Source of the DNA: Rhizophagus irregularis
Lineage: Eukaryota
Length of the DNA stretch: 64,000 bases
NCBI RefSeq assembly: GCF_026210795.1
Contig: NC_089433.1
Coordinates: 5,580,001 to 5,644,000, forward strand
Direction of reading: 5' to 3'
Positions 1-11,455 of the stretch are shown here, piece by piece; position 1 is the stretch's first letter; each line of letters starts with the position of its first letter. The notes beneath the pieces are model-generated. The model ran no database searches. It was not told the origin of the DNA and saw only the letters and a program-made list of their open reading frames with translations. Position numbers and translations under genes: made by a program.

Positions 1-1035
1 TATTATTTATTATCCTACTGAGGTTTTCATAACCTCGTTTGAGGGCATTCCATTTTGTTTGGCATTGCCTAGGTGTCGCTGCAAATCCCGTTGTAACGAA
101 TATACTTGTGTCCGAAATTATTTTAGTATTACGGAAATACATAATTACGTAATTCTGTAATTATTAAGTAATTCATTAGAAAAACTCCGTATTCCGTAAT
201 TAATTTCGGACTCCGTAATTAATTTCGTATTACGAAAATATTTGGCCAGAATTAGCCTTAATTTTTGCCGATTTATATATAAAAACTTTAATAAATAATA
301 ACTCGGCACTCAGGCGATCCGTTTTGGATGATCTTACTACCATTTGATTCGTCTCGATAAGGCGATTCTAATGGTAGTAAGATCATTTAAATCCAATCAC
401 TAGATCGCGCTCCGATACCAATAACTTTTAAATATTTATAGCATAATAGCTCCGTCAATTTCAATGCTAGAAAGATGATCTTACCGTACCGCCATTAGAA
501 TCGTCTCGTCATAACGAATCGAATGGTGGTAAATTCATTCAAATCTAATCACTAGATCGTGCTCCGACACCAAAATTCATTAAATGTTTATAGTAAATTA
601 ACTCCATCAATATCGGTGCTATAGAAATGAAACACATATCATTAGATTCGTCTCGATGAGACGAATCGAATGTAGTAAGATCATCGAAATCGGATCACTA
701 GATCCTGAGATATTCGCAATTTCGCACTATTATGCAAATTTCGGAATTTTGGAATACGTAATTAATTTCGTAACACGTAATTAATTACGTAATTACGTAA
801 TTAATTACGATTTCGTAATTTCGGATTTCGGATTTGCCAATTGAATTTCGGAAACAACTATAGTAACGAACACCCTATTTGCTATTATTGTTCATGCATT
901 TACATGATGACAGTTTGCAATTCTTTCGAATTGCTGATGTAAGTTTCTTCATTCCGCGATTGATTGCCTAGCTGCGTTAATCGTCTATTGGAATACTGGT
1001 GGTGGCGGTGGGACAAAAGGTACTAATGCTGCCAT
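1..1035 (-). pseudogene. Myb/SANT-like (trihelix-type) DNA-binding protein pseudogene, split by a MITE and running off the window
   Basis: Manual translation from ATG 1035 after removing 101-862 and one TSD: MAALVPFVPPPPPVFQ*TINAARQSIAE*RNLHQQFERIANCHHVNA*TIIANRVFVTTGFAATPRQCQTKWNALKRGYENL. It carries the W...W..IA...QC..KW..LK pattern with stops at the two upstream W positions. Confidence 0.7.
101..862. mobile_element. hAT-type MITE
   Basis: 8-bp TSD gtaacgaa (93-100, 863-870). TIR tatacttgtgtccgaaatt vs rc tatagttgtttccgaaatt. Subterminal cgtaatt repeats. Confidence 0.9.
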
Positions 1036-1646
1036 TTTTTATTTTTATGATTTTTTCGTAACTTGAAAATTAAATACAATTTGAAAATTAAAATACAATT
1101 TAGTTTTGAATTGCGAAAAAAAATTCAAATTTCATAATATTTATAATAATTTTAAAATTCATTATAATGTTTAAAACATGAACTGATGAACATAATAACA
1201 TTCTACATAATTAAAGTATTTGTAACAAAATAAACACAGTTTTGATTCTAATGTAATAAATTTAATTAACGCAGTTCTAAATTTTTTTTGTAACGCAGTT
1301 CTTAAAATTTATTGATCTAATGTAATAAATTTAATTAACGAAGTCCTTAAAACTTATTGATTCTAATATAATATGCTTATCCTTATTCCTTAATTAAATT
1401 GCACTATTTTTAAAATATAATATGCTTATCCTTATTCCTTAATTAAATTGCAATGTTTTAAAATATAATATAAAATTACAATTGCCTGCATTGCCTGCAT
1501 AATTATATGTTAACTGGACTTTGATCGCGAATATTTTGCCCTGCATAATTACATTATTTATTTCCTAAATAGTATCATTATTTAAATCACATGATATTAG
1601 AATTAATTCTCATTGGATTAACTATTGTAATTATTTCTTATTATTA

Positions 1647-3946
1647 TTATTTCTCATTATCATCATAATTATCGTCATTATTATCACCGTCATCCATACC
1701 TAATACATCATCTATATCATAATCATAGTCACCTTCTCCGGGTCTCTTGTTATTACCACTATCATCAACTTCATCATTTTCCGCATTATTTTCATCTGAA
1801 TCATCCAATATCATATCTCTTGGAATATCGCCGATTTCACTAGTAATTGAATCATGCGATAAATTAACAAATTGATCAATCCATAGACTTTCGATTACTA
1901 CACGGCAATTGTCTTCGGGTATTATTTCGCCGCTTGTAGTTAATCTCTGAGTAGAAGTTTGCTCCTCATTATATTCCTCATCGTCATCTTCTGCAAAAGC
2001 TTCTGCAATACGTATATTGATCTCATCATCACTAAGACGAGTATTCTTTTTTTGATCAATTCCATAAAATCCAAGTTCAGTTTTTGAATTGGATTTCCAA
2101 TACAAAATTAATTTGCACATGGATTCTAGTTTATCCACATTAAGATTTAAGCGATATTTATGAAATAGCCATCCTAAAGTCGAAAATCCATGTTCGCAAG
2201 TTGCTGAGTTAGGACATATTGTAAATAGATAACTTGCAATTCTTGACAGGGCATCTGGTTCTAGTTCGGTATTAATATATTTCTACCAATTTACGGGATT
2301 ATCTTTAGCAAAACTGATATCTAGATCAAATGGCTCTTGCTCATTAATATATTTCTGTATTTGATCACATAAAGTTTCAGCTTCGTAATGGTCAAAACCT
2401 AAATTTTTCCCGATTGAAGCTGCACATTTGATAATTCTCATGAGGGCGCATTTTTTAAGTGGCGCGTTTCTAAATCTGGGATCCATAAAAAAACAAGTAA
2501 TATACTTATCATCATCGAACTCATCAAATCTTTCATTTATTACTTTAATACAATGACTTCGGAATGCAGAATTTAATGATTTGGGTAACTTTTTTAATGT
2601 AGCTGCAAGTTTTGCCAAGCTCAGAAAACAATCTGCAAGTGTAGCTCTTCTCGATTCTAATGAAAGTACCGCTTTTCTTAGAGGATCCAGAACAAATCCA
2701 AGAACTCGTAAATTTGAAAAAAAATTTTTTGATTGAATAATCAGTTTTATTTTATCATTTGTTAGCACTTTATCGTGATCGCTGGCCATTTCTTCTAGTG
2801 CTGATTCCAAATTTATTGCTGAATTTACGGATTCACTAGCAGTAGTCCAGCGTGTCTTGCAATATAATTTTAATCCTCCTCCACTAATTCCTTTTTCTTT
2901 AATTATTTGAGCAAGTTTTGCATTAGCCTGATGAGAACTTCTAAAAAAGGTTGTCAAAATATTAACACGTTTTAATAAAAGTTTCCCAAACTTCTCCTTG
3001 ACGATGTCGCATGCAATTAAATTGATAGAATGTGCAACGCATCGCACATTTTCAATCTTTGGATGATTCTCATGTATAATTTTTCGTGCATTACGAACAT
3101 TGGCCGCATTATTGGAAACTACAGCACATATTTGATCTTCTCCAATACCTTCTATAACCTTTTCAATTACCGTAACTAGATATTCTGCAGTGTGCGAATT
3201 TTCAGACAAATCAGAAAGTTGATAAAGATATTCTTTACGCGACGGAGTCATTACAATGAAGTTCCAAATTGAACGATGTGTACCAGACGTCCAACCATCA
3301 AAGGCTAAATTATAAATTAATATTATATAGTAAGTAAGATTAAATAAAAATGACGTATGATAGCCTATTTAATTTAACAAACCTAACGTTAAATTCGTTT
3401 CCTTTTCAAGCTCAGAATTAACTTTGAAGTTCACTTGAGCTAATTCACGTTCAAGTAGTTGATTTACTAATACTTCCCTTGTTGGTGTATTATACTCGGC
3501 ATTAAGCTCTTTTATAAAATTGATGAAAAAGGGATGTTCCACTACTCTAAACGCAATTCTGCACGCAATAAAAAATTTAACTAATGCATGATTAATTCGT
3601 GTACATCTTTGTTCGTTAAGCTTCATTGAATCATAGTAATCATCCATGTTACTTTGACCTTCAGAGTATTTTCTTTTTTGGATACTTGGACTTATCTTGC
3701 CGTTCCATTACTTTAGTCATATACCTTCTAACAACTGCTGCTGGCGCATCTGGACAATGGTTTGAAAGATGCTTCGAGCTTTGAAACTTTACCGCGTGAC
3801 CATGTATTCTTACAGTACTTGCAGGAGGCGGCAAATTTGCCAGAACCAACAGCTTCTCCTTTATTAATATCTTCCCAAATGCTATTAGGTGGCTGACCTC
3901 TTCTATTTTTCTTTTTAATGGGTGAATCTTCTATGTGATCAGTCAT
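1647..3946 (-). pseudogene. hAT transposase (BED finger, DUF659-type core, C-terminal dimerization region), disrupted
   Basis: IWE...CKYC BED finger; LTL|AFDGWT across intron 3305-3382; SNNAANV, CVAHSINL, TRWTT and DPRF motifs; PNSATCEHGFS near 2180-2215. Contains frameshifts and stops. Confidence 0.9.
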
Positions 3947-4574
3947 TTGAAACAGTTTATTATTAATTTTATTATTAAGAAAACGGAAGAAAGTAAAAGA
4001 AACTTTAGTTCAGTGTTAAAGGAGATGACGGAATTGGGTTTATTAAATGCATGTTACGCATTTTCCTTTAATGAATATAAGCCCCTTATAAAAAAACTGT
4101 AAAAACGTGTAATATCATAATATTAATATGGGAGTTAGAAATGAAAATTCTAACACTAGATAAAGCTTAAAAGAACTAAGACGACGGTAAAATATTGAAG
4201 TTTAATCTTTTATCTGTAGATTATTTGATCATCTAAATTATATTATTAATTGGTGTAACTTGGCGTAACTATATGCAAATCTTATGATCAACTATGTCAA
4301 AACTACAGAGAAACCTATTATAGAGGTTTCGGCATGTTTCGGCAGTTTCACAATTTTGACAGGTTTCACAGTTTCGGCGTTTCGGCGTTTCGGCACTATA
4401 TAAGAGGTTTCACCTTTTGGCATTAGGCCAAACAGGTTTCGGCAAGCAACCTTAGATATCATAATGATATCATTTGCAAATCGATATCGCCATGATATTT
4501 ATTTAACATCATTATTATATCAATTTGGTATTGTTTAAAAATTCAAGGTTTCTGTAAAGCATTTGTCTTCCAGA

Positions 4575-6040
4575 GGAATCGCTCAATGAAAATCAAATCG
4601 TAAGAACGGCTTAATACGTGAATTATGTTCATTCATGCTCAGCCTCAAAGAAGATAATGTCAGCTCTACTGAAATCATCAGCTCTTGCGTTAGTTTAGAG
4701 AATTTGATTTTGGGTTCTGCCCAGCACTTATCTTATTTATTTGAAATAGCAATAAAATCCAGTCAGCAGGAAATATTAGACTGGTACAATTATTCTTTTG
4801 AATTTGAGAGTAAGGTTGATGCTCTTATGGCTGATGGTAGAATTAAGGATAAAACGGTAAGATCAACGATTTACAAGGAAATGAAACCATTTCTCCTTAC
4901 TAAAATCACACAAGCTAACTTGCGCAAGAAAACTCATAGGGCTAGAAAACATCTTATGTTATTTGGGAAAAATGGGATTAGACTAGATAAAATTAAGCTA
5001 GTCTTATATAGCGCAACTGAGATTTTGAAACTGACTAACGTACAAATCCAAAATGTCATAAAAAAATATACTAGTGATCATCAGAGTCATATGACTTTAA
5101 TAAAAACCGTTCTCTCAGGGAACGATCAGATTAAGACTGAAGTAAGTACATCAGCAAATATATTATCTGTATCTTCCTCCAGTCAATCTAAGCCCGATCA
5201 TTCCTATTTTCGCAACAAGATATTGGATCAATATCCTAATCTATATAAAGAATGTAGTAGTGAAAATTTTGATTATTATGGGATTACTGATGAGACAACA
5301 TGCAGAAACTATATCTGCCCATTATGCAAATTAGGTTGTTTTCTCAAATTAAACTTTTTTTGAATAATATTATAAAACAGGATCTTACTTTATTAAATGT
5401 GAACAGCGTGAAATTGAGATAACTGCATAGTCTCATTATTTTATAATACTGCATTTCATTATGTGATATTTTTTTACAGGTCAACTACTGACTAATTAAA
5501 TTTAAATTGATTCATATAAAAAGCAACATGACCAAGTCCAATAAAATATTAACTCCCAAATATCTGGATTAGCATGCCAAATTAAGTGGGTTACCAAGCG
5601 TTTTGACAGATAAGATTCGTTCCAATTTATGCAAAAGATATAAAAAAGAAACTGGAAATGAGCCATGGCAAGCATCAAGAGCTGTGACAAATATGTCAAC
5701 AAAATCTCAAGCCTCTGATTTCAAGCCTATCACTTTCGAAGTCAGACCTGATCCAGAATTAATTATCAAATCCGTCTTAGAGCAATTCCCATACTTGAAA
5801 TTCGGAAATAGTTTCAGAGGGATTGATAATTATAATTTTACATCACCTTAGCCGTGGAGCTCACCATGTCCTATTTGCGATGGAAAACATGGGAATTATG
5901 GATTACATGGCTCATGGTACTGCGAAAATGGGAATCAGCTCCCTTATGATCCTGAATTAGCGAAGTTCTATTCTCAAGATAAGTTGGAATATTGTCTTAC
6001 CTGCAACACTTCAAGTAATAAACTAAAGTTCGCAATTGTA
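4575..6040 (+). pseudogene. Fragmented repeat-associated hypothetical gene with CxxC motifs
   Basis: ORFs 4635-5363 and 5603-5851, intron-like breaks near 5335-5380, and CPLC/CPIC motifs downstream with in-frame stops. Confidence 0.5.
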
Positions 6041-6206
6041 CTGTAGTATAGGACAAAAACAGATCATGTGAAATCAATCACCCGAAAAAATGTACTCATT
6101 GCCATGATAAATGCACTGCCGAAATAATAGGACTGTGCAAATTCCAAAGTAAATGAAATTTTGGTCATATGAGAATTTTTTTTTATTATATTAATATTTA
6201 TATATC

Positions 6207-6431
6207 ATGCCGAATCTCTTAACAAACAATCAGGATAGTACAGCTTATAAAGAGCTGGAAGGCGCTTTGCTAAGGCAGAACTGCTTTGAAAAATGGCATA
6301 TATTTAGGGGATGGAAGCATGGATGTAAGGTTTGTGAGGAATGCGATCATCACTCACATCTGTATTGCAAAAGGTGTAAGAAGGTGGCGGAAGGAATTTA
6401 TAAGCGATGTGAATGTCCTCAAGTAATTTGA
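6207..6431 (+). CDS. Small Cys/His-rich (zinc-binding) ORF or gene fragment
   Basis: CKVCEECDHHSHLYCKRCKK...CEC in a 74-aa ORF with ATG. Confidence 0.4.
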   Translation: MPNLLTNNQDSTAYKELEGALLRQNCFEKWHIFRGWKHGCKVCEECDHHSHLYCKRCKKVAEGIYKRCECPQVI

Positions 6432-7745
6432 TCAATAAAGCAAATGGTGCAAATTTACCAGACATTTTAGGAATTGTGTGAAGCAAATTGTGCTATTATT
6501 TTTTTTTATTATAGCTTGATAAATCAATGCGCAGTAATATTATAGTAATCGTTACATTTATCACGGGAACAAGTAATAATTTATTCTCAAACTTTCTCGA
6601 ACATTCTCAAAAATTATGTATAACCCCTTGATGATCCTTATATATGGATAGCGTTAAATTCTTTATTGTTAAATTAAGGGGATGTCGTTGATCAGGTTTT
6701 TGTGATGCGATCATATTAACGTAATTTTCCCCAAAAGCTTATTCCAAGATCGATCCTGCAAATTATATAAAAAGGTGATGTCCCTGTTAATGAGCCCTTT
6801 TATCCGCCTTGTGCAAGTAAAACAAAACCATTATTAAAATCATTGGTATTAACAATCAAACGAACTCGTATTTTCCGCAAAGTAATAATAAAGTAAGTTG
6901 TTTATTGCTCGGCTAACTTCTTGAAACATGCCATCATGATGTTAATCGATTTTCCACCTTTATAGATGTTCCAAAATAAAACGGACGTATTACCCTTCTT
7001 GTTATATATCGGCATTTTGATCTTCGCCGAGAAAATCTTTGACTATCATCATGTGTATAATAGGCGCAGTGAAATAACGAAAATATTATCTAATCTAATC
7101 GAAGCCACGTGTCTCATCAGCGCAGTAAAATTGCTGTGGCTTTCCTATCATCTGATTTTCAGCATCAACAAAATTTGGCGCAGTATCGTACTGGCGATAA
7201 AAAAATCGACATACCTTTATTATAACGCTCTAAACAACAAATTTCCTAAATATAAGGCGGAATGGAATGTTGTGAAAATGAATCGTAGTGGTAAGTGTGA
7301 ATCGGAATTATTATTTTTTTTTTACATCAGTTGCTAATCTCCCGAATTTATGTGCGGGAAAATTTATTTCGGAAATCTAGTATAATAAAAGAGTGTGGGG
7401 ATGAGAATCTCGTAGATAGCAATAGTGTAGAAATAAATTAGGTGTAGAAGTTTATAAAAAGTCTGAGAGAGCAAAGAAGTAAATTGATGCTGGGCATTAA
7501 ATGGCCTAGGATCCGCGTACTCCCTCCCTCTTTGATAGCATCATACACTTCATTTGCTTCTCTAGCATTTCCGCACCATATCATATATTATCACTTATCT
7601 TTTTCTCATAATAAAGTTTTCACTCGGATCAATCGTGTATGTATACATTTTAAAGTGTATGTTATTAATTAAATATGATCGAGAATGGCTGATAAGAGGC
7701 TGGCGACTATCAAGAGATAACTTGAATACCCACTGACTCATAAGT

Positions 7746-8030
7746 TCACCGCCGATTGACCGGCCGACATGAATTATGGCTTCTCCTACGTATCAAAAGA
7801 TACAAAGGGAAGTTCTCACCGCCGATTGACCGGCCGACACAAGAAACTTCGGCAAAATCAGCGGATCAACTGCTACCGCCGATTGACCGGCCGACGCGAG
7901 TAGTTGTTAGACACCAAGCAACTCAATACTTCACCGCCGATTGACCGGCCGACATGAAGTATGGCTTCTCCTAAGTATCTAAAGATACAAAGGGAAGTTC
8001 TCACCGCCGATTGACCGGCCGTCACGAGAA
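7746..8030 (+). repeat. Five GC-rich ~22-bp direct repeats (caccgccgattgaccggccgac) with 33-48 bp spacers
   Basis: Copies near 7748, 7817, 7875, 7932 and 8002. Spacers 1 and 4 are near-identical. Confidence 0.9.
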
Positions 8031-8249
8031 ACTTCAGCATAGTTGCATCCTCAAGTATAATATCGAAAAAAAAGCGACATGCGACTATTATAAAATTCAG
8101 TGATCGACAAAAGAACGGCCAATCAAAATACGGCATGGAGATATGATTGTTAAAAAATTATCGCGTAACGCGTAACTTGATCATCACTATACATTATAAA
8201 TTTATTTCTCGCGTAACTTGATCCGCTTTACCTTAATTATAAATTCTTA

Positions 8250-9741
8250 ATGACAGCAACTTTAAGAACAACAAAATACATGCACTATACATTGCCCGAC
8301 AGTATTGGCGAAGAAACGATTGTAAATGAATACTTTAAAAAAGTCGAAGCTCAATACTGGCAACTGAAGCATTACCTTAACTATCGTCTTAAAAATGAAA
8401 GAGTAATCATACCCTGGGTACAAATTTATGAAGATTGGTTACAATCGCTTAAAAACATTAGGGGAACAAACCATAAAGGAATGCCGGGCTGTGTATCTTC
8501 ACTATGTATCGAACTACTTAACGTAACTAATAGCTTTGAAGGTGTTTCGGTCCTAGAAAGTTGCATGCAGTGGTATAATAAATTCTATGAGCGTAATTTC
8601 GAATTGCAGTTCGCAGAAAGAGTACGGCAATTAGAAACAGATATATTACATTGTAGCTTTTCATCTCAGAGAATGGCTGGATTAACAAATGAGGTAAGAG
8701 ACAGGAGGAATGAGTCAACCTGAAGATCATAGTGCTCGAGGTTGGGATGATGCTATTAACAATACAATCATTAGTAATACCGATTCAGATATTTTAATGA
8801 ATACAAAAAAATTAATGAAGGAAACATTGCCAAAGTTGTAAGTAGGAAAATTTCATTGTAATTTATCTAAATTCTAACCAATTTATTATTTTATAGTTTA
8901 AAGGCTTTTTCATTAACTACTCTTAACCCATTGAGAGACATAACTATATTAGAGAAACCGCACTTGAACCAGTTTGTACACCCAATTATGGACTCGGCAT
9001 TGTGGATCTTTGCGAAAGTTTATTATATATAGTAAGTGACTTTGAATTTTCATTTATTGCATAGATTGCATTGATGACTAAAAGTGCTTTGCATTGTTCA
9101 GCGGAGAAATACCATTGAAAGGTATGAAAACTAAAGTACGTGCAGACGGTGTAGGATTTCTTAATGATGTCATCAATTATCCCATTGTCTGTGGTGAAGG
9201 AGCGAGGCCTGGAGCATCACAACAAAAAAGTGTTGATGATGATGTAAAAAACGCAAAAAGTATGGTAGAACTTTATAATAATATTGTCATTTCAGAGGCT
9301 GATGCTCATCGACAACTATTTACGGACTTGAAAACATATGGAATTACTGCGTTCAAAACTGAGGTTTCGTTAACTATGATGGATTTTCGCAGTATGTGAT
9401 GTAAACTTGGTTTGAAATATTGCACAAAACCTAGTAATTAACATTATTCAATTTTTCAGGCACACACAGATTGTTCGAAGTCGATAATTTCGGCCTACCA
9501 AGGGATTGGGCTGATATGCCCAACTTTGTGTGGTTATATGAGGCGGTAATAAAATGGGCAGTAAGTACTTTCATACATTTTTTATTTGCACGTGATACGA
9601 CTGATACTAACGAGTTATGCATAAATATAGTTATGCGCTAATGCAACACGTGGTGCGTTAATTGATCATAGAAAGAAAAGAAGGTTAGGTCGGTACTCAG
9701 AAGCAATCAACGCAAAAAAATTATCACGATTAAGAAACTAA
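8250..9741 (+). pseudogene. Multi-exon gene with PD-(D/E)XK restriction-endonuclease-like C-terminus, probably frameshifted
   Basis: GT-AG introns near 8838, 9032, 9392 and 9561 join exons giving GEIPLK..RADGVG..CGEGARP..DDDVKNAKSM..TYGIT..SLTMMDFR..FEVDNFGLP. The frame is discontinuous near 8700-8800. Confidence 0.55.
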
Positions 9742-10338
9742 TATTTTATTGCTGTACTTTTTATATTATCTTAATAAAACAAACATCTGTCATCGATAGA
9801 TATTAAGCTAAGCCTATTAATTTTTTGCTAGTGGTTTTAATAATGGTCGAAATACTATTTAATATCATTGAAAAAATAAAGTTTTTATCAAATTGATCGT
9901 CTGTTTTATAAAACAATAAGTTACAATATTAGTTAAAGAAAAGAAAGATCATGAATAATAACGGTGGCTTTGCTATAATGTCAATAGATCAAGGGAGGTG
10001 AAATCTGATTGGCCAATCATCTTGTGATTTATAGAAACTCGCCAGCGCCTGGAACTCTCCTAGAACTATCGAGGAACTGGCAGGGAGTTAGGGTGATACT
10101 GTGATATGATATACGTTGTACCACAAACCGATTTAGCCAAGGCGTTGTGCATGCATGTAAATATAAAATTAGCATAGTCGAGATATGGCCCTATATAAAT
10201 CCTCAGTATGCTTATAATCGAATAAAAATGAATCTGATATTTATTAGAGTATAGTATTGCTAAATCAGCTAAAATCGCTAAAAACGGTATAAATCAATAA
10301 AATCGTTATATTCTGTTATAATCTACTAAAACGCTAAT

Positions 10339-11202
10339 ATGGATTTAGATAGTAAAGCCTATTCCAAGTTAATTCATGCACACAATAGTGTTGGAGGCTC
10401 TGAAGAATATATAAGAATTATTATTGCAATATTGCCTTTAGCAGAAAGACATGATCATGAAACACCAGAAATGTGGTGCTCTCGTATTCATGATCCATTT
10501 AGGAAAATACTAGAAGAGAACCCAAGAATCCTTTCTAAGAATGGATATATTACAATGTATGGAAAGCTATATATAGATGATAGGATTCATAATCGTCCAA
10601 CCAATTATATATATTGCAGTGTATGTAACTCCTTAGTTTTCACACCTGCAAATAGTCTTTTTGAGGATCGCTATGGAGATAACCACTTGAAGAGATGTAT
10701 TTCTGGAAATACTATTTTGAATGAACATGCAACAAGAAATGAAATTCTCAAATCTATTGATACAAGGGAATTTCAGATCTGGCAATATAAACAATACATA
10801 TTACAAGAAGAGGCTAAAATTAATCGTCTCCGTCTAGAGCTTTTCTCTCAATCTACCTCAGACTCAGAAAACGATAAGTTGGCATCAGTATCATATGATT
10901 ATGATACTCGTTCAGTTAGCTATGAAGCTTACCTTTCAGCCAAAGCAACTATAGCAGAAAATACTATGCCAAGTGCTCCAAAATTCAAGCCAGCTTGTAT
11001 TTCTGTTACCTCTGGTAACCAAGAAATGATTCCACCAACTTCTTATCAGTCATCAAATTGCAAAAGTGATACAGGCGAAATATTTATTTCGTCTCGATAT
11101 GCAAAACAGCCAAAAGGCACTGCGTTGAGATTGAGGGATGGAACACTAATCATCGATTGTCTAACTGACTTGACTGATTCTGAGAAATATTCTACATTAT
11201 AG
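10339..11202 (+). CDS. Hypothetical 287-aa protein with CxxC..H...C motif and coiled coil, upstream of gag
   Basis: Intact intronless ORF containing YCSVC...NHLKRC. Confidence 0.65.
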   Translation: MDLDSKAYSKLIHAHNSVGGSEEYIRIIIAILPLAERHDHETPEMWCSRIHDPFRKILEENPRILSKNGYITMYGKLYIDDRIHNRPTNYIYCSVCNSLVFTPANSLFEDRYGDNHLKRCISGNTILNEHATRNEILKSIDTREFQIWQYKQYILQEEAKINRLRLELFSQSTSDSENDKLASVSYDYDTRSVSYEAYLSAKATIAENTMPSAPKFKPACISVTSGNQEMIPPTSYQSSNCKSDTGEIFISSRYAKQPKGTALRLRDGTLIIDCLTDLTDSEKYSTL

Positions 11203-11455
11203 ACTATTGCTTTTAACTGAAAATTAATATTATTTAGCCAATGTAACTTATTCTTTATTTTTTATGCTAAATAATCTGCATACATGATCGCCTAGTAAAA
11301 TTGGTTGAAGGCGCTATACATTTCATGTATCACCTGCCAAATTTTTCAGATTAGTCCTTAACCCAGATCCCGGTTAAGATCGTACGCTTTACGAAGATTG
11401 ATATAAATTGATCCGAAGGGGTTCTCCCATTATCTTTTATAATCGCAAAAAAAGA

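Larger units (their letters stand above)
1..4454 (-). mobile_element. hAT transposon 1 (right end at 4454; other end not in window)
   Basis: Ends gtttcggcaagcaacctta (rc taaggttgcttgccgaaac) after gtttcggc subterminal repeats at 4325-4445. Same TAAGGTTGC terminus as the MITE at 14246. Confidence 0.65.

Noticed and set aside
7746..8030. CRISPR array
   Set aside because: Eukaryotic context, no cas genes, and spacers are duplicated and uneven in length.
11285..11345. tRNA or primer-binding site before gag
   Set aside because: No cloverleaf or T-loop GTTC, and no TG...CA LTR pair could be identified.
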